From: a virus
Lineage: Duplodnaviria; Heunggongvirae; Uroviricota; Caudoviricetes
DNA: 64,000 nucleotides
IMG/VR virus record: IMGVR_UViG_3300026488_000017
Location: 40,396 to 104,395 of that record
Strand: one strand, 5' to 3'
Position 1 is the stretch's first letter. The number at the start of each line of letters is the position of its first letter. Shown piece by piece: positions 54,274 through 63,204 of the stretch. The position numbers and the translations under genes were made by a program. The notes beneath the pieces are model-generated. The model ran no database searches. It was not told where the DNA came from and was given only the letters and a program-made list of their open reading frames with translations.

Positions 54274-54758
54274 TTCTTTCCTTTTTTGACTTTCCCTATC
54301 ACACCGTGAGCTGTGTATAAGGTAACTAATTCATCTATTTTTGTTTGTGGTAAAATCGTTAAATACCTTATACCCAATCGTTCGTTTACTTTGTAGAACT
54401 TCATAATAATATCGAGTTCTTCTTGGTTGTCTACTCTCTCTTTTTTGGGAAATTTGATATAGCTAATCTTATCTGATAAACTATGTCTAAGAAATCTGTA
54501 TTGAGCAGTAAGTGGTATTTTGTTGTAGAAGTCTAACCAAACACCCATTTGTATACCGTGTACATCGTTAGCTATATAGCGTATCATCATAAAAGAATTT
54601 AATTTGTTGATTTCTTCTTCACTTGGCCAATATTTCTTATTAACAATAGTTGCCATAGTTTGAAACATAGATGGCCCTTTCGCTTTCTCATCTATATCTT
54701 CTATATCTTCTTTGATTACCTCTTTAGGTAAATAACCATCTTCAAAAAAATCATCCAT
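54270..54758 (-). CDS. hypothetical protein
   Basis: ORF. Confidence 0.4.
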   Translation of the reverse strand: MDDFFEDGYLPKEVIKEDIEDIDEKAKGPSMFQTMATIVNKKYWPSEEEINKLNSFMMIRYIANDVHGIQMGVWLDFYNKIPLTAQYRFLRHSLSDKISYIKFPKKERVDNQEELDIIMKFYKVNERLGIRYLTILPQTKIDELVTLYTAHGVIGKVKKGKK

Positions 54759-54819
54759 TGTACTCCTTTAATATGCATGTTCTAGGCCGAAGCCTAGTAA
54801 GAACTATACTAGCTCTTTG

Positions 54820-55107
54820 TTATTCACAAAGAGTTTTACCTTCTTTTGAAAGGCGTAACTTAACAGTTGAACCTGCTGGTTTGTCTTTTGTAGTGTACTT
54901 TGTACCATTTGGTGCTGTACGCTCAACTCCACCAGTCTTTGCTGCTGTTGCTGTTTTAACAAGTTTACCAAGACCTGGTACAACACACTCTCCACCAACA
55001 ACACCTTCAAGAATCGTTCCAATTACTGTATCGATTGTACGACCTGCATCTGCTTTAGATACTTCTAACTTTGTTGCTACTGCTTCAATTAATTCTGCTT
55101 TGTTCAT
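54820..55107 (-). CDS. HU/IHF-family histone-like DNA-binding protein
   Basis: MNKAELIEAVATKLEVSKADAGRTIDTV...GLGKL.K...R....TG start and arm region; local GC is noticeably higher than the background. Confidence 0.6.
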   Translation of the reverse strand: MNKAELIEAVATKLEVSKADAGRTIDTVIGTILEGVVGGECVVPGLGKLVKTATAAKTGGVERTAPNGTKYTTKDKPAGSTVKLRLSKEGKTLCE

Positions 55108-55217
55108 TCTATTTCCTTTGCCTCGTGGGTCTTTTTAATTTTAGGACTTACATCAAATAATGGCTTTCACTTATGTTACTCACTATCAATATATTCTAAA
55201 TGCCTTTCTCGTTTGTT

Positions 55218-55252
55218 ATGTTGTATTATAACTAATGTTTACTTAATTTAAG
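55218..55252 (-). promoter_or_regulatory. promoter motif variant roughly 110 nt upstream of the HU gene (long 5' leader)
   Basis: gttgtattataactaatgtttacttaat. Confidence 0.35.
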
Positions 55253-55836
55253 TCATATTCCACGATAAACTCATCAAGCCTTTTACTTAAATAAGGGGAG
55301 TGACCAGTGTTATCTACAACTGCATCAAAAACATAATCATCTAGCTCTCGCTCTGAAGCGTGACCATCTGTTGTGTCAATATCATCGTTTCTGATTTTTA
55401 GTGTAATTACTCTATAATTTGAAGATTTTATTACAGCACTCTCTATATTGAATCTAAAATCTGGCACTAATATAATCTCGGGTTCATCAGAATCTAAAAT
55501 CTTTGATAATAATAAATCAGCCCATACAGATACACCGAATTGAGGTTTCATTCCCTCTGTACCGAAATTCTGTAAAATCTCTCTGTAATCTGTCACTTTC
55601 TCATAATCGTATCCATCAAGCTTAGGAATCTCTCTGTATAAAGGTTCTTTATCGTTTTTGAATTTATCTAATTCTTCAGAAGTGATTCCGAATGTATCTG
55701 CTATAATCTTTTTGAGAGGATAAGCGAAGCTTAAGATTCTCGTTCTGATTTTCTCATTTAATTTCTCTATAAGAAGATTAGCACTAAAATCCTTACCACC
55801 TCGTTTTGGGCCGTTGATTAGAATTATTGTTTTCAT
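55243..55836 (-). CDS. deoxynucleoside monophosphate kinase (T4 gp1-like)
   Basis: MKTIILINGPKRGGKDFSANLL resembles the T4 gp1 N-terminus (GVKRSGKD). Confidence 0.6.
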   Translation of the reverse strand: MKTIILINGPKRGGKDFSANLLIEKLNEKIRTRILSFAYPLKKIIADTFGITSEELDKFKNDKEPLYREIPKLDGYDYEKVTDYREILQNFGTEGMKPQFGVSVWADLLLSKILDSDEPEIILVPDFRFNIESAVIKSSNYRVITLKIRNDDIDTTDGHASERELDDYVFDAVVDNTGHSPYLSKRLDEFIVEYDLN

Positions 55837-55879
55837 TTATATTCTCCTTGTACATTTTAGTTCTTCATTTATAAATTCA

Positions 55880-56089
55880 CTAAAGATTTTCATACTTGCC
55901 ATCTTTTATAACATCGATTATATTGTCTATGGAATCATTAAATCTTCTCTCGTTTATAATCTTTAGTTTGCTTCTGCTCTTTTCACTTAATTTTTTAGTG
56001 TATTTCCAAATTAGTTCAGGAGTCACTTGTTCCAATATCAGTTCATCAGAACTTTCATCGATGAATTTTTCTATTTCATTTAAGGTCAT
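55880..56089 (-). CDS. hypothetical small protein
   Basis: ORF. Confidence 0.35.
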   Translation of the reverse strand: MTLNEIEKFIDESSDELILEQVTPELIWKYTKKLSEKSRSKLKIINERRFNDSIDNIIDVIKDGKYENL

Positions 56090-56625
56090 TTTCTCTCCTC
56101 AATTAATTCTAAAAGATGCACGATTAAACCAGGTCCTACTGTTGCCGTTACATAAGGGATATCATTATCATCTAACAATGCTCTGATTTCTTTATCTTTT
56201 TCTTCAGCTTCGTGTAGTTTCTGATTTCTACCATATTCTTGATATGGATGTGCATCATTATCTCTTACTAAGAAAACATTAAGTGTATTAAATGTTTCAT
56301 ACATAGCTAATGCTAATGCTTTGAATTCTTTTTGAGGTATATGAGGGTCATCTGCTAAATATGTCAATCCCATAACGAAAGGTGAATCAGTAATAGTGTA
56401 ATCCACTTTACCTTGTAAGACACGATTTCTATTTTTCTGTTCCGCAAGTAAAGATAATTGATTACCTAATTGAAGATAATCTTCTTTATATACTAAATCT
56501 TTAGCGAACTCTGTAATAAGTTCTACTCTTTCTCCATCTGTTTTCATTTGATGAAATAATCCTGCGGCAGTTGTTGATTTACCAGTACCTGGTCCACCGA
56601 ATAAACTAATGTGCAATGTTTCCAT
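56086..56625 (-). CDS. P-loop NTPase (possible nucleotide kinase)
   Basis: Walker A LFGGPGTGKST. Confidence 0.45.
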   Translation of the reverse strand: METLHISLFGGPGTGKSTTAAGLFHQMKTDGERVELITEFAKDLVYKEDYLQLGNQLSLLAEQKNRNRVLQGKVDYTITDSPFVMGLTYLADDPHIPQKEFKALALAMYETFNTLNVFLVRDNDAHPYQEYGRNQKLHEAEEKDKEIRALLDDNDIPYVTATVGPGLIVHLLELIEERK

Positions 56626-56634
56626 TATAATCCT

Positions 56635-56901
56635 TTAATATGTTATGACTAACGGTCTATTTTTCTTGAATTGTAGCCTAAAACCATTAAATACCCATTC
56701 ACCATCGACAAATCTTCTGTATTTCATTCCAAATCCAATACTAGTGAATGGGTTAGTAAAGAAAAATAATGTATCTGTTTTTGTAAATGGTTCAGTTTCT
56801 ATTAAGAAACCGTCGCTCTTAAAACTAGGTCGTTTTATTACTTTATGCATTTCTCTCATTATAATCCTTTTCTTACTAAATAATCTTCTATCTCCAACCA
56901 T
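56635..56901 (-). CDS. hypothetical small protein
   Basis: ORF. Confidence 0.3.
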   Translation of the reverse strand: MVGDRRLFSKKRIIMREMHKVIKRPSFKSDGFLIETEPFTKTDTLFFFTNPFTSIGFGMKYRRFVDGEWVFNGFRLQFKKNRPLVITY

Positions 56902-57389
56902 TCTAATAAAGGGAACTCATCGCTCTCATTGCTTAAAAAAGTCTTGATATGAATACATTCACACTCTGGTTGATACTCTTTAACAGCTCTTAAATATGTT
57001 TTGTAGTCATCTATAAAAACTGCTGCCTTAATAAATCGTTTCTCTACGGTTGCTATATAACCACTATGAAAAGGAAAATGTTTCTTTAAGAACATTTCTT
57101 TAGAATGTGAGTGTTCTGGCATACTGTTAGAAACAAAAACAATATCGTATCTAGCAGATAATCTACCTAATACTTCTACTGAATTTCTGCGAGGTTTCAT
57201 ACCGTGATATAATTCTGAATCTCTCCAGAATTCTAACGGATTATTATGATTATGCATTAGCTCTAATAAATCATTAGCACGACCATCAGTTCTTAGTAAA
57301 GGTTTTAAATCTCCACCTACAAGATTCTCATACCATTTAATCCATTTCTTTACGGCAGGTGCTACGGTTTCATCTACATCGCACATCAA
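56859..57389 (-). CDS. HAD-superfamily phosphatase (5'(3')-deoxyribonucleotidase-like)
   Basis: N-terminal MMCDVDETVA (DxDxT/V motif). Confidence 0.45.
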   Translation of the reverse strand: MMCDVDETVAPAVKKWIKWYENLVGGDLKPLLRTDGRANDLLELMHNHNNPLEFWRDSELYHGMKPRRNSVEVLGRLSARYDIVFVSNSMPEHSHSKEMFLKKHFPFHSGYIATVEKRFIKAAVFIDDYKTYLRAVKEYQPECECIHIKTFLSNESDEFPLLEWLEIEDYLVRKGL

Positions 57390-57400
57390 AATTTTCTTAT

Positions 57401-57613
57401 TTAGAATGTGAACTCCTTCTCTTTTTCTTTAAGATTATCAGAAATAATTTCAATCTCTTCAAAAACAAGCTTAAATGGTACTACATCATCTTTACTAAGA
57501 ATATTCATTTTTCGTGTCATTCTGATAAATTTTGTTAAATCGTACTCGACATCGTAACGAGCATTCATATCTTCGATTTTATATGTGAGGTTTCTTATTT
57601 CTTGTTCAGTCAT
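57401..57613 (-). CDS. hypothetical small protein
   Basis: ORF. Confidence 0.3.
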   Translation of the reverse strand: MTEQEIRNLTYKIEDMNARYDVEYDLTKFIRMTRKMNILSKDDVVPFKLVFEEIEIISDNLKEKEKEFTF

Positions 57614-57825
57614 TATGCTACCTCATACCATCTGTAAAATTCTAAAGCACTTTCTAACATTTTAACTATTGATGCTCTGTCATCTTCGAAATTATCTGCA
57701 AAGACACCATCAAACTCTCCAGTTTCATCCATATTAGAAATCATTTCTCTGAAGTCTGTTATATTTTGTTTTATTCTTTCGGCCATAATCGTATCTATCG
57801 TATCTTCATCTATTTCTACTAACAT
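57613..57825 (-). CDS. hypothetical small acidic protein
   Basis: ORF with promoter motif upstream. Confidence 0.3.
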   Translation of the reverse strand: MLVEIDEDTIDTIMAERIKQNITDFREMISNMDETGEFDGVFADNFEDDRASIVKMLESALEFYRWYEVA

Positions 57826-57835
57826 ATCAATCCTT

Positions 57836-57870
57836 TATGTAGTATTATACTATACTTTTACTTAATTCTT
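57836..57870 (-). promoter_or_regulatory. promoter motif variant
   Basis: gtagtattatactatacttttacttaat. Confidence 0.35.
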
Positions 57871-57883
57871 ACTGAATAAGCAT

Positions 57884-58141
57884 CTAATTGTCGGTTATTG
57901 TGCCTCTGAATACTACAAATCCACTTCCACCTACATCCACTTTCTCTGCAGAATAGAGTATATATTTTTCAATGCCTTCATCAGCAATATAGTTACTGAT
58001 TGACTCTTGGTAATCTAAAGAACAGCGTTGAGTCTTAACCTCATACGATTCTCCTAATACAGTACCTTGAGGTTTATCGACTAATACAACCTCAACATCG
58101 TTTGCTTCAAATAAACTTCGAACTTCTTGTAATAATTCCAT
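57884..58141 (-). CDS. hypothetical small protein
   Basis: ORF. Confidence 0.3.
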   Translation of the reverse strand: MELLQEVRSLFEANDVEVVLVDKPQGTVLGESYEVKTQRCSLDYQESISNYIADEGIEKYILYSAEKVDVGGSGFVVFRGTITDN

Positions 58142-58142
58142 A

Positions 58143-59504
58143 CTATTTTCCTTTAATAAAATTGATAAGTGTTCTCACACCAAATCCAGTAGCGAAACCT
58201 TTTACAAATGCAGGCCCAGCAATATCGTGATGCACATATCTTTTCTTGCCTTTTTTTGTCATAGCATTTGTAAGAAATAACCCTGCTTTCTGACAACCCA
58301 TATTCGGAGTACCAGTATTACTCAAATCAGCAAGTTTATCATCAACACCATCCATCATATCTGTATGAAATGCTGCATCCATATAAATCTCACCAGTTTT
58401 TCTACCACATTTCTGAATCTTTTTCTTTAGTTCATCATTGAATCCAACAAGACCACAAGCACCATCAAATTGATATACAGCAGCACCCGTTAATGTAGCA
58501 AGACTGTGATATGTCGTTGCTTTCGGATATTCTTCTTCAGCTAAACATAAGTTATCGAAAAGGACAATTCTTCCCTCAGCATCTGTATTCTTAATGTGTA
58601 CAGTCTTACCATTTTTCATTGTAAGAACATCATCTGATTTATATGCTGTACCATCAATCATATTTTCTGCTAATGCTAAATAACAAGTTACTCTCGTTGC
58701 GGCACCGTGTGTTTTGATATACTCCATAAAACCAAGTAATGTCATAGCACCTGCTTTATCAGATTTCATACCAGTCATATGCCCACCAGTCTTAATATCT
58801 AGTCCACCTGAATCGTATGTTAAACCTTTACCAACAAATACATTATGTTTTACATTAGCACCATTAGCGAATGGATTATAATCTAATTTGATTGTCATTG
58901 CTTTATGTCTTGAGGCACGATTTACTGCTAAATGACCATTCATACCTAATTGTTTAAGATATTTTTCATTATAAATTGTTACATCTACAAATGAACCTTT
59001 AAATTTCTTCTCAACATATTTTAAGATACTAGCACTATGAGCATCTTCAGGAGCAGTATTTACCCAATCTTTTGTAGTATTTTGTGCTTTTACTCTAGCT
59101 GTAATTTCTTTAAGTTTGTCTTTAACAGATTTACCTTGATTAGAATTCACAATCACTTGAAGAATTACTTCTTTCTCTATTTTCTTTTCAGATTTATACC
59201 GATTAAACGAATAATCACTTAATAAAACACCTTCTAAAAATTCATCTTCAACTTTTGTGAGAATTGTACAAGCACTCTTTGCTTTTGTTCTAAGAATTGT
59301 TTTACCAACAACTGTACCTAATTCTCTCCAATCTGAAGGTTTCTTCATATCAGTTGTGCTAAAATATAAGATGCCGTTTTGTACGATTGTTTGGAATTTC
59401 TTATTTTCAAAACCAGTATGTTTGAAGTCTAGTTGCTTGTATTGTTTCTTGTTTAAAGAGCGAACAGTTAGTTCATTCTTTAAACCTTTAGTAGTTATTT
59501 TCAT
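58143..59504 (-). CDS. leucyl aminopeptidase, peptidase family M17 (PepA-like)
   Basis: VGKGLTYDSGGLDIK and the M17 signature NTDAEGRIVL; start moved to the internal Met (MKITTKGL..., ATG 59504 preceded by AAAGGAAA) because the promoter motif copy at 59516-59548 lies inside the longer ORF. Confidence 0.7.
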   Translation of the reverse strand: MKITTKGLKNELTVRSLNKKQYKQLDFKHTGFENKKFQTIVQNGILYFSTTDMKKPSDWRELGTVVGKTILRTKAKSACTILTKVEDEFLEGVLLSDYSFNRYKSEKKIEKEVILQVIVNSNQGKSVKDKLKEITARVKAQNTTKDWVNTAPEDAHSASILKYVEKKFKGSFVDVTIYNEKYLKQLGMNGHLAVNRASRHKAMTIKLDYNPFANGANVKHNVFVGKGLTYDSGGLDIKTGGHMTGMKSDKAGAMTLLGFMEYIKTHGAATRVTCYLALAENMIDGTAYKSDDVLTMKNGKTVHIKNTDAEGRIVLFDNLCLAEEEYPKATTYHSLATLTGAAVYQFDGACGLVGFNDELKKKIQKCGRKTGEIYMDAAFHTDMMDGVDDKLADLSNTGTPNMGCQKAGLFLTNAMTKKGKKRYVHHDIAGPAFVKGFATGFGVRTLINFIKGK

Positions 59505-59515
59505 TAATTTCCTTT

Positions 59516-59550
59516 TGTTATGTATTATACTGTAATACAGCTTAACTTTC
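59516..59550 (-). promoter_or_regulatory. promoter motif variant upstream of the M17 aminopeptidase
   Basis: tgtattatactgtaatacagcttaac. Confidence 0.35.
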
Positions 59551-59739
59551 ATCAAATTTTGATAATACTTTATTATTGAATAAGCATTCTATTTCTGAAT
59601 GAGATAAGTTTAGTTCTAATGATTCGAGGGTAATTTCTGCGTAGATTGGTTGTAATATGTTTCTTATATCGTAAGTAGGCTTGAATAAATTTTTGTATTC
59701 AAGCCAGTCTAAATGAGTTTCAATATTTGTTTTGGTCAT
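59542..59739 (-). CDS. hypothetical small protein
   Basis: ORF. Confidence 0.3.
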   Translation of the reverse strand: MTKTNIETHLDWLEYKNLFKPTYDIRNILQPIYAEITLESLELNLSHSEIECLFNNKVLSKFDES

Positions 59740-59742
59740 AAC

Positions 59743-60813
59743 TTATTCGTTATCATCCTCATTAGGTTCAGCACCTTCATCTAAAAAGTCTGTATCATCT
59801 TGTCCAGGCATATCATAAGATATTTTGTATTTTGCTTTAAGATACTCTTTGAAGTCTGTCTTTTCAAGAACTGGTGCCCACCACTCTTCAGTCGATGTTA
59901 CTTTCTCTCTGACTTTTTTATCTTCAGGTATACAAGGTCTTGAATAATACCCTACTGTTGGTTTCTCAATATATCCACCTTCTAGTGCTACATCGATGAA
60001 TCCGTGCCATTTAACGATTCCACCTTCCCAATTTGCTCTTACTTGAAATTTAGATTTCTCTTTAACGAATCTCGATTTCTCAATGTTTATCGTAAAATTG
60101 TAACCAGTGATTTCTTTACCTGTTTTTTCTTGTGATTTACCAATAATGAAAATCGTGTCACTTGAATAGATACCACCCGTTCCACCTGATACTACTGCTT
60201 TACTAAACATTTCTTGTGTCTGATATGTGTGGTTGATTGCTACACAAGGAATATCAAATTTCTTGAAATATGGTGTTGCCATTCTCCATAAAGATTTCAT
60301 TTGTTTTGCACGAGTCATATCTGCTACAGATTTTTCATTCTGAGCATCATCAATTTCTTTCTTTGAAGCAAGATTTCCGACTGAATCAATAAGAATCATT
60401 ACTTTATCTTTTTTCTCGATACCATCTAATTGAGCGATTAAGTCAAATTTAAGTTCTTCAACATTCATAATAGGTGTGTGAACTACTCTCGCTGTATCAA
60501 CACCGAACTGCTCGAAATATGCTTGTGGAGACCCATACTCTGAATCGTAGAATAAGATAACACCATCTTTATTTTTCTTTAAGAAAGCTGATGCCATAAT
60601 AAGGGCGTATGAAGTTTTGAAGTGTTTTGAAGGGCCAGCAATCATCGTTAATCCTGATGTAAGACCACCATCGATTTCTCCTGAAAGTGCTAGATTTATC
60701 ATAGGATATTCTGTTGTGATGAAATCTTTTGCCTCGAATACAACACTTTTTTCGAGTGTCATAGTTTCTTTAATTTTACTGTTTTTCTTTAGTTTGTCCA
60801 TCAATGATGACAT
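59743..60813 (-). CDS. uvsX: RecA-family recombinase UvsX
   Basis: MSSLMDKLKK...INLALSG...GLTMIAGPSKHFKTSYAL closely parallels the T4 UvsX N-terminus and Walker A. Confidence 0.75.
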   Translation of the reverse strand: MSSLMDKLKKNSKIKETMTLEKSVVFEAKDFITTEYPMINLALSGEIDGGLTSGLTMIAGPSKHFKTSYALIMASAFLKKNKDGVILFYDSEYGSPQAYFEQFGVDTARVVHTPIMNVEELKFDLIAQLDGIEKKDKVMILIDSVGNLASKKEIDDAQNEKSVADMTRAKQMKSLWRMATPYFKKFDIPCVAINHTYQTQEMFSKAVVSGGTGGIYSSDTIFIIGKSQEKTGKEITGYNFTINIEKSRFVKEKSKFQVRANWEGGIVKWHGFIDVALEGGYIEKPTVGYYSRPCIPEDKKVREKVTSTEEWWAPVLEKTDFKEYLKAKYKISYDMPGQDDTDFLDEGAEPNEDDNE

Positions 60814-60833
60814 ATAGTACCTCTTTTATTTTT

Positions 60834-60868
60834 GATGTACTATTATATCAAAAAAATACTTAATAACG
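60834..60868 (-). promoter_or_regulatory. promoter motif variant upstream of uvsX
   Basis: ctattatatcaaaaaaatacttaataacg. Confidence 0.35.
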
Positions 60869-60870
60869 GA

Positions 60871-61281
60871 CTATAAGAGGTCTGCGTACTTACCTAATTT
60901 TTTCTTTGTATTAAGATATGTTTTTATTGTATCTTGAACCATAGATGGAGCATAGTCGTAATAATTTTTCCCTGCGTATTTAAGGTCTAATGAAGGTTTC
61001 TTTTCCAAAATCATCATCATTATTTTTTCGTTGTAAAAACCTGGTTTGACAGCCCAATGCATAGCACTTCTACCATCATCACTCTGTAGGTTAATATCTG
61101 CACCATTTTTCAATAACAGCTCTACTATTTTCTCGTAGCTTTTGAATATAGCAAGATGTAAAGCAGTCCAACCGAATGAACCTTTCTCATCGATATTGTC
61201 GTACTTTTTTATGATGGCTTTGATGCCTTTAATGTCATTATCTTTGACTAGGTCTGTTAGTGTATCTCTGGTCTTTGTCAT
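60871..61281 (-). CDS. ankyrin-repeat protein with KKLGKYADLL C-terminus
   Basis: GWTALHLAIF...NGADINLQSDDGRSAMHWAV ankyrin repeats; same conserved C-terminal peptide as the 11.5-15 kb array. Confidence 0.6.
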   Translation of the reverse strand: MTKTRDTLTDLVKDNDIKGIKAIIKKYDNIDEKGSFGWTALHLAIFKSYEKIVELLLKNGADINLQSDDGRSAMHWAVKPGFYNEKIMMMILEKKPSLDLKYAGKNYYDYAPSMVQDTIKTYLNTKKKLGKYADLL

Positions 61282-61302
61282 AATACCCTCTTTTATGGGT
61301 AT

Positions 61303-61671
61303 TTATAGCAAATCTTCAGGATGGTATAAATGGCTGTAATAGTTTAAATAGGTTTTGTGAATGTCTGATGCTATCTCTCTATCGACTAAGAAATTTTGTT
61401 CTATCATTCTTCTTATGGGGCCCACTATCATATTTACTTGACCCGTTTCTTGAATATTTTTCATCCATACAAGATGTTCTTTTGTTACACCATCAGGTAT
61501 AAGACCCTCTGATTTTAATGAATCATATCCTATGTAAAAATCTGGTTCGGGTTCGGGTTCGATTTCAGGAATGTTCCCGTATTCAATCTCATATAATTTT
61601 AATGCTTTTGAATCAGTAAGATAGCCACTATAAAAACTCATAACTTCATTTTTTACTTCATTCATTGTCAT
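61303..61671 (-). CDS. hypothetical protein
   Basis: ORF. Confidence 0.4.
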   Translation of the reverse strand: MTMNEVKNEVMSFYSGYLTDSKALKLYEIEYGNIPEIEPEPEPDFYIGYDSLKSEGLIPDGVTKEHLVWMKNIQETGQVNMIVGPIRRMIEQNFLVDREIASDIHKTYLNYYSHLYHPEDLL

Positions 61672-61675
61672 AATA

Positions 61676-61819
61676 TTATCTCTTATATATTTTATTTTTT
61701 AAGTCTTTCTGAATCATATTTGTTAGAGCAACAACTTTTTCTTTGTCACCTCTTTCATATACTTCTTTATTGATTAACTCACCAAGTAATCTATAATTCT
61801 TTTCGATTAAACTTTCCAT
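61676..61819 (-). CDS. small hypothetical protein (47 aa)
   Basis: not in the ORF track; ATG 61819 preceded by AAAGGATAATAA and a full promoter motif copy (61828-61870). Confidence 0.3.
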   Translation of the reverse strand: MESLIEKNYRLLGELINKEVYERGDKEKVVALTNMIQKDLKNKIYKR

Positions 61820-61825
61820 TTATTA

Positions 61826-61872
61826 TCCTTTATATGTAATATTATAACATAAAGAACCTTAGAGCTTTATTA
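61826..61872 (-). promoter_or_regulatory. conserved promoter motif (full copy)
   Basis: ctttatatgtaatattataacataaagaaccttagagcttt. Confidence 0.5.
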
Positions 61873-62205
61873 AAGTAGTATATCAGGTCTGTTTTCTAAT
61901 AATTTATTCATATCGTTTCTATGTTCTCTATAAATGTTATCACTTATTCTATCTAGCGAATGTAACTCATAAGCAATATAAAGACTTGCTTTAATGTATG
62001 TGAGAAATGTATCTGCTGAATCCGATGATATTGGTTCATATTGGTTTGCTTCAATATCATATAATAATTCAATATCGAAATTCTCTGACTCAACATTCAT
62101 ATTCATCATATTCATATTGAGGTTAAATTCCGTTACCTTTTCTCTCACTATTTTTAAACCCTCAAATCCATACAGATATTTAGGAACATTCATTACATTA
62201 GACAT
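61870..62205 (-). CDS. hypothetical protein
   Basis: ORF. Confidence 0.4.
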   Translation of the reverse strand: MSNVMNVPKYLYGFEGLKIVREKVTEFNLNMNMMNMNVESENFDIELLYDIEANQYEPISSDSADTFLTYIKASLYIAYELHSLDRISDNIYREHRNDMNKLLENRPDILL

Positions 62206-62668
62206 CTATACTTCTTACATCCAATCCCGTTATTTTATTGTACACAGCGAAATTTGGGTCATATCTCCAATGAATCTGTATTTCATTTTCTTCCCATTTG
62301 ATATTGTCTAATAATGTACCGACTGCACATCCGACTGCAGCGCTACGAGATACACCGGCGGCACAATGAATTAAAAATTGTTTCTCTTTGTTCTTTAATA
62401 TGAAATCTCTTATCTCTTTACCTTGTTCATCTGTTAGTGTTTTGTATGCACCGAAATCTGAATCTATATCCCAAAAATTCATTTGAAGAACATCATCAAA
62501 TCCTTGAATCTTACTATCTGGATGAATATTATGTGAAGGGTCAAACATACTAATCAATACAGTATTTTCCTTCTCTAATTCATCAGCATTATAAAGCCCT
62601 AAATATTCATCAACACCTATAATACCATTTATTCTATTTGATTCTATACTATTTTCAATCATTACCAC
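62198..62668 (-). CDS. dual-specificity / protein-tyrosine phosphatase (CX5R)
   Basis: signature IHCAAGVSRSAAVG (HCxxGxxRS P-loop). Confidence 0.65.
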   Translation of the reverse strand: MVMIENSIESNRINGIIGVDEYLGLYNADELEKENTVLISMFDPSHNIHPDSKIQGFDDVLQMNFWDIDSDFGAYKTLTDEQGKEIRDFILKNKEKQFLIHCAAGVSRSAAVGCAVGTLLDNIKWEENEIQIHWRYDPNFAVYNKITGLDVRSIDV

Positions 62669-63204
62669 TCCTCTACATCAAATTTTATTTTACAATCCAT
62701 CTTGCCATTTTTTCTCTCGTATATTTCTGTATCCACACCTATTTCAGGAATATCTATACTATATTTTTCTTCAATCGCTTCAGCAACTAAATGTCTATGA
62801 CAAAAAGTGTTTTCGGGTGATTCATAACATAATATAACATATTTTTTATCTTTACCGAATAAATCAGACCAAGATTTAAAAATATCATTCATATCTACCT
62901 CATCGATGACCAGTCGTTGGAATTCTTTCGTATAGACAAGCTCCCTCTTAGAACCTTGTGGTGAGTCTTTGTATTCAAGAAAGAATTGCTTCTTTGGAGC
63001 AAGACGCTTATCGTGTAAATCCACGACAGCCTCAATCTCATCGGTGATACCACCTGAAATACTGACCAGAATATAATCTTCAGGGATATTTTTTATATTT
63101 CCGTAATACGATGTGAAAAATTTCATAGCTCTATCACCGTGTTGCATTTTGGTGTCTTTGGTTTGGGCGTTAATCGAAGCTTTGAATAGAAATTTTTTGT
63201 CCAA
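62662..63204 (-). CDS. hypothetical protein (DUF488-like, CHR motif)
   Basis: YVILCYESPENTFCHRHLVAEAI resembles the conserved C-terminal block of DUF488 proteins. Confidence 0.35.
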   Translation of the reverse strand: MDKKFLFKASINAQTKDTKMQHGDRAMKFFTSYYGNIKNIPEDYILVSISGGITDEIEAVVDLHDKRLAPKKQFFLEYKDSPQGSKRELVYTKEFQRLVIDEVDMNDIFKSWSDLFGKDKKYVILCYESPENTFCHRHLVAEAIEEKYSIDIPEIGVDTEIYERKNGKMDCKIKFDVEEW

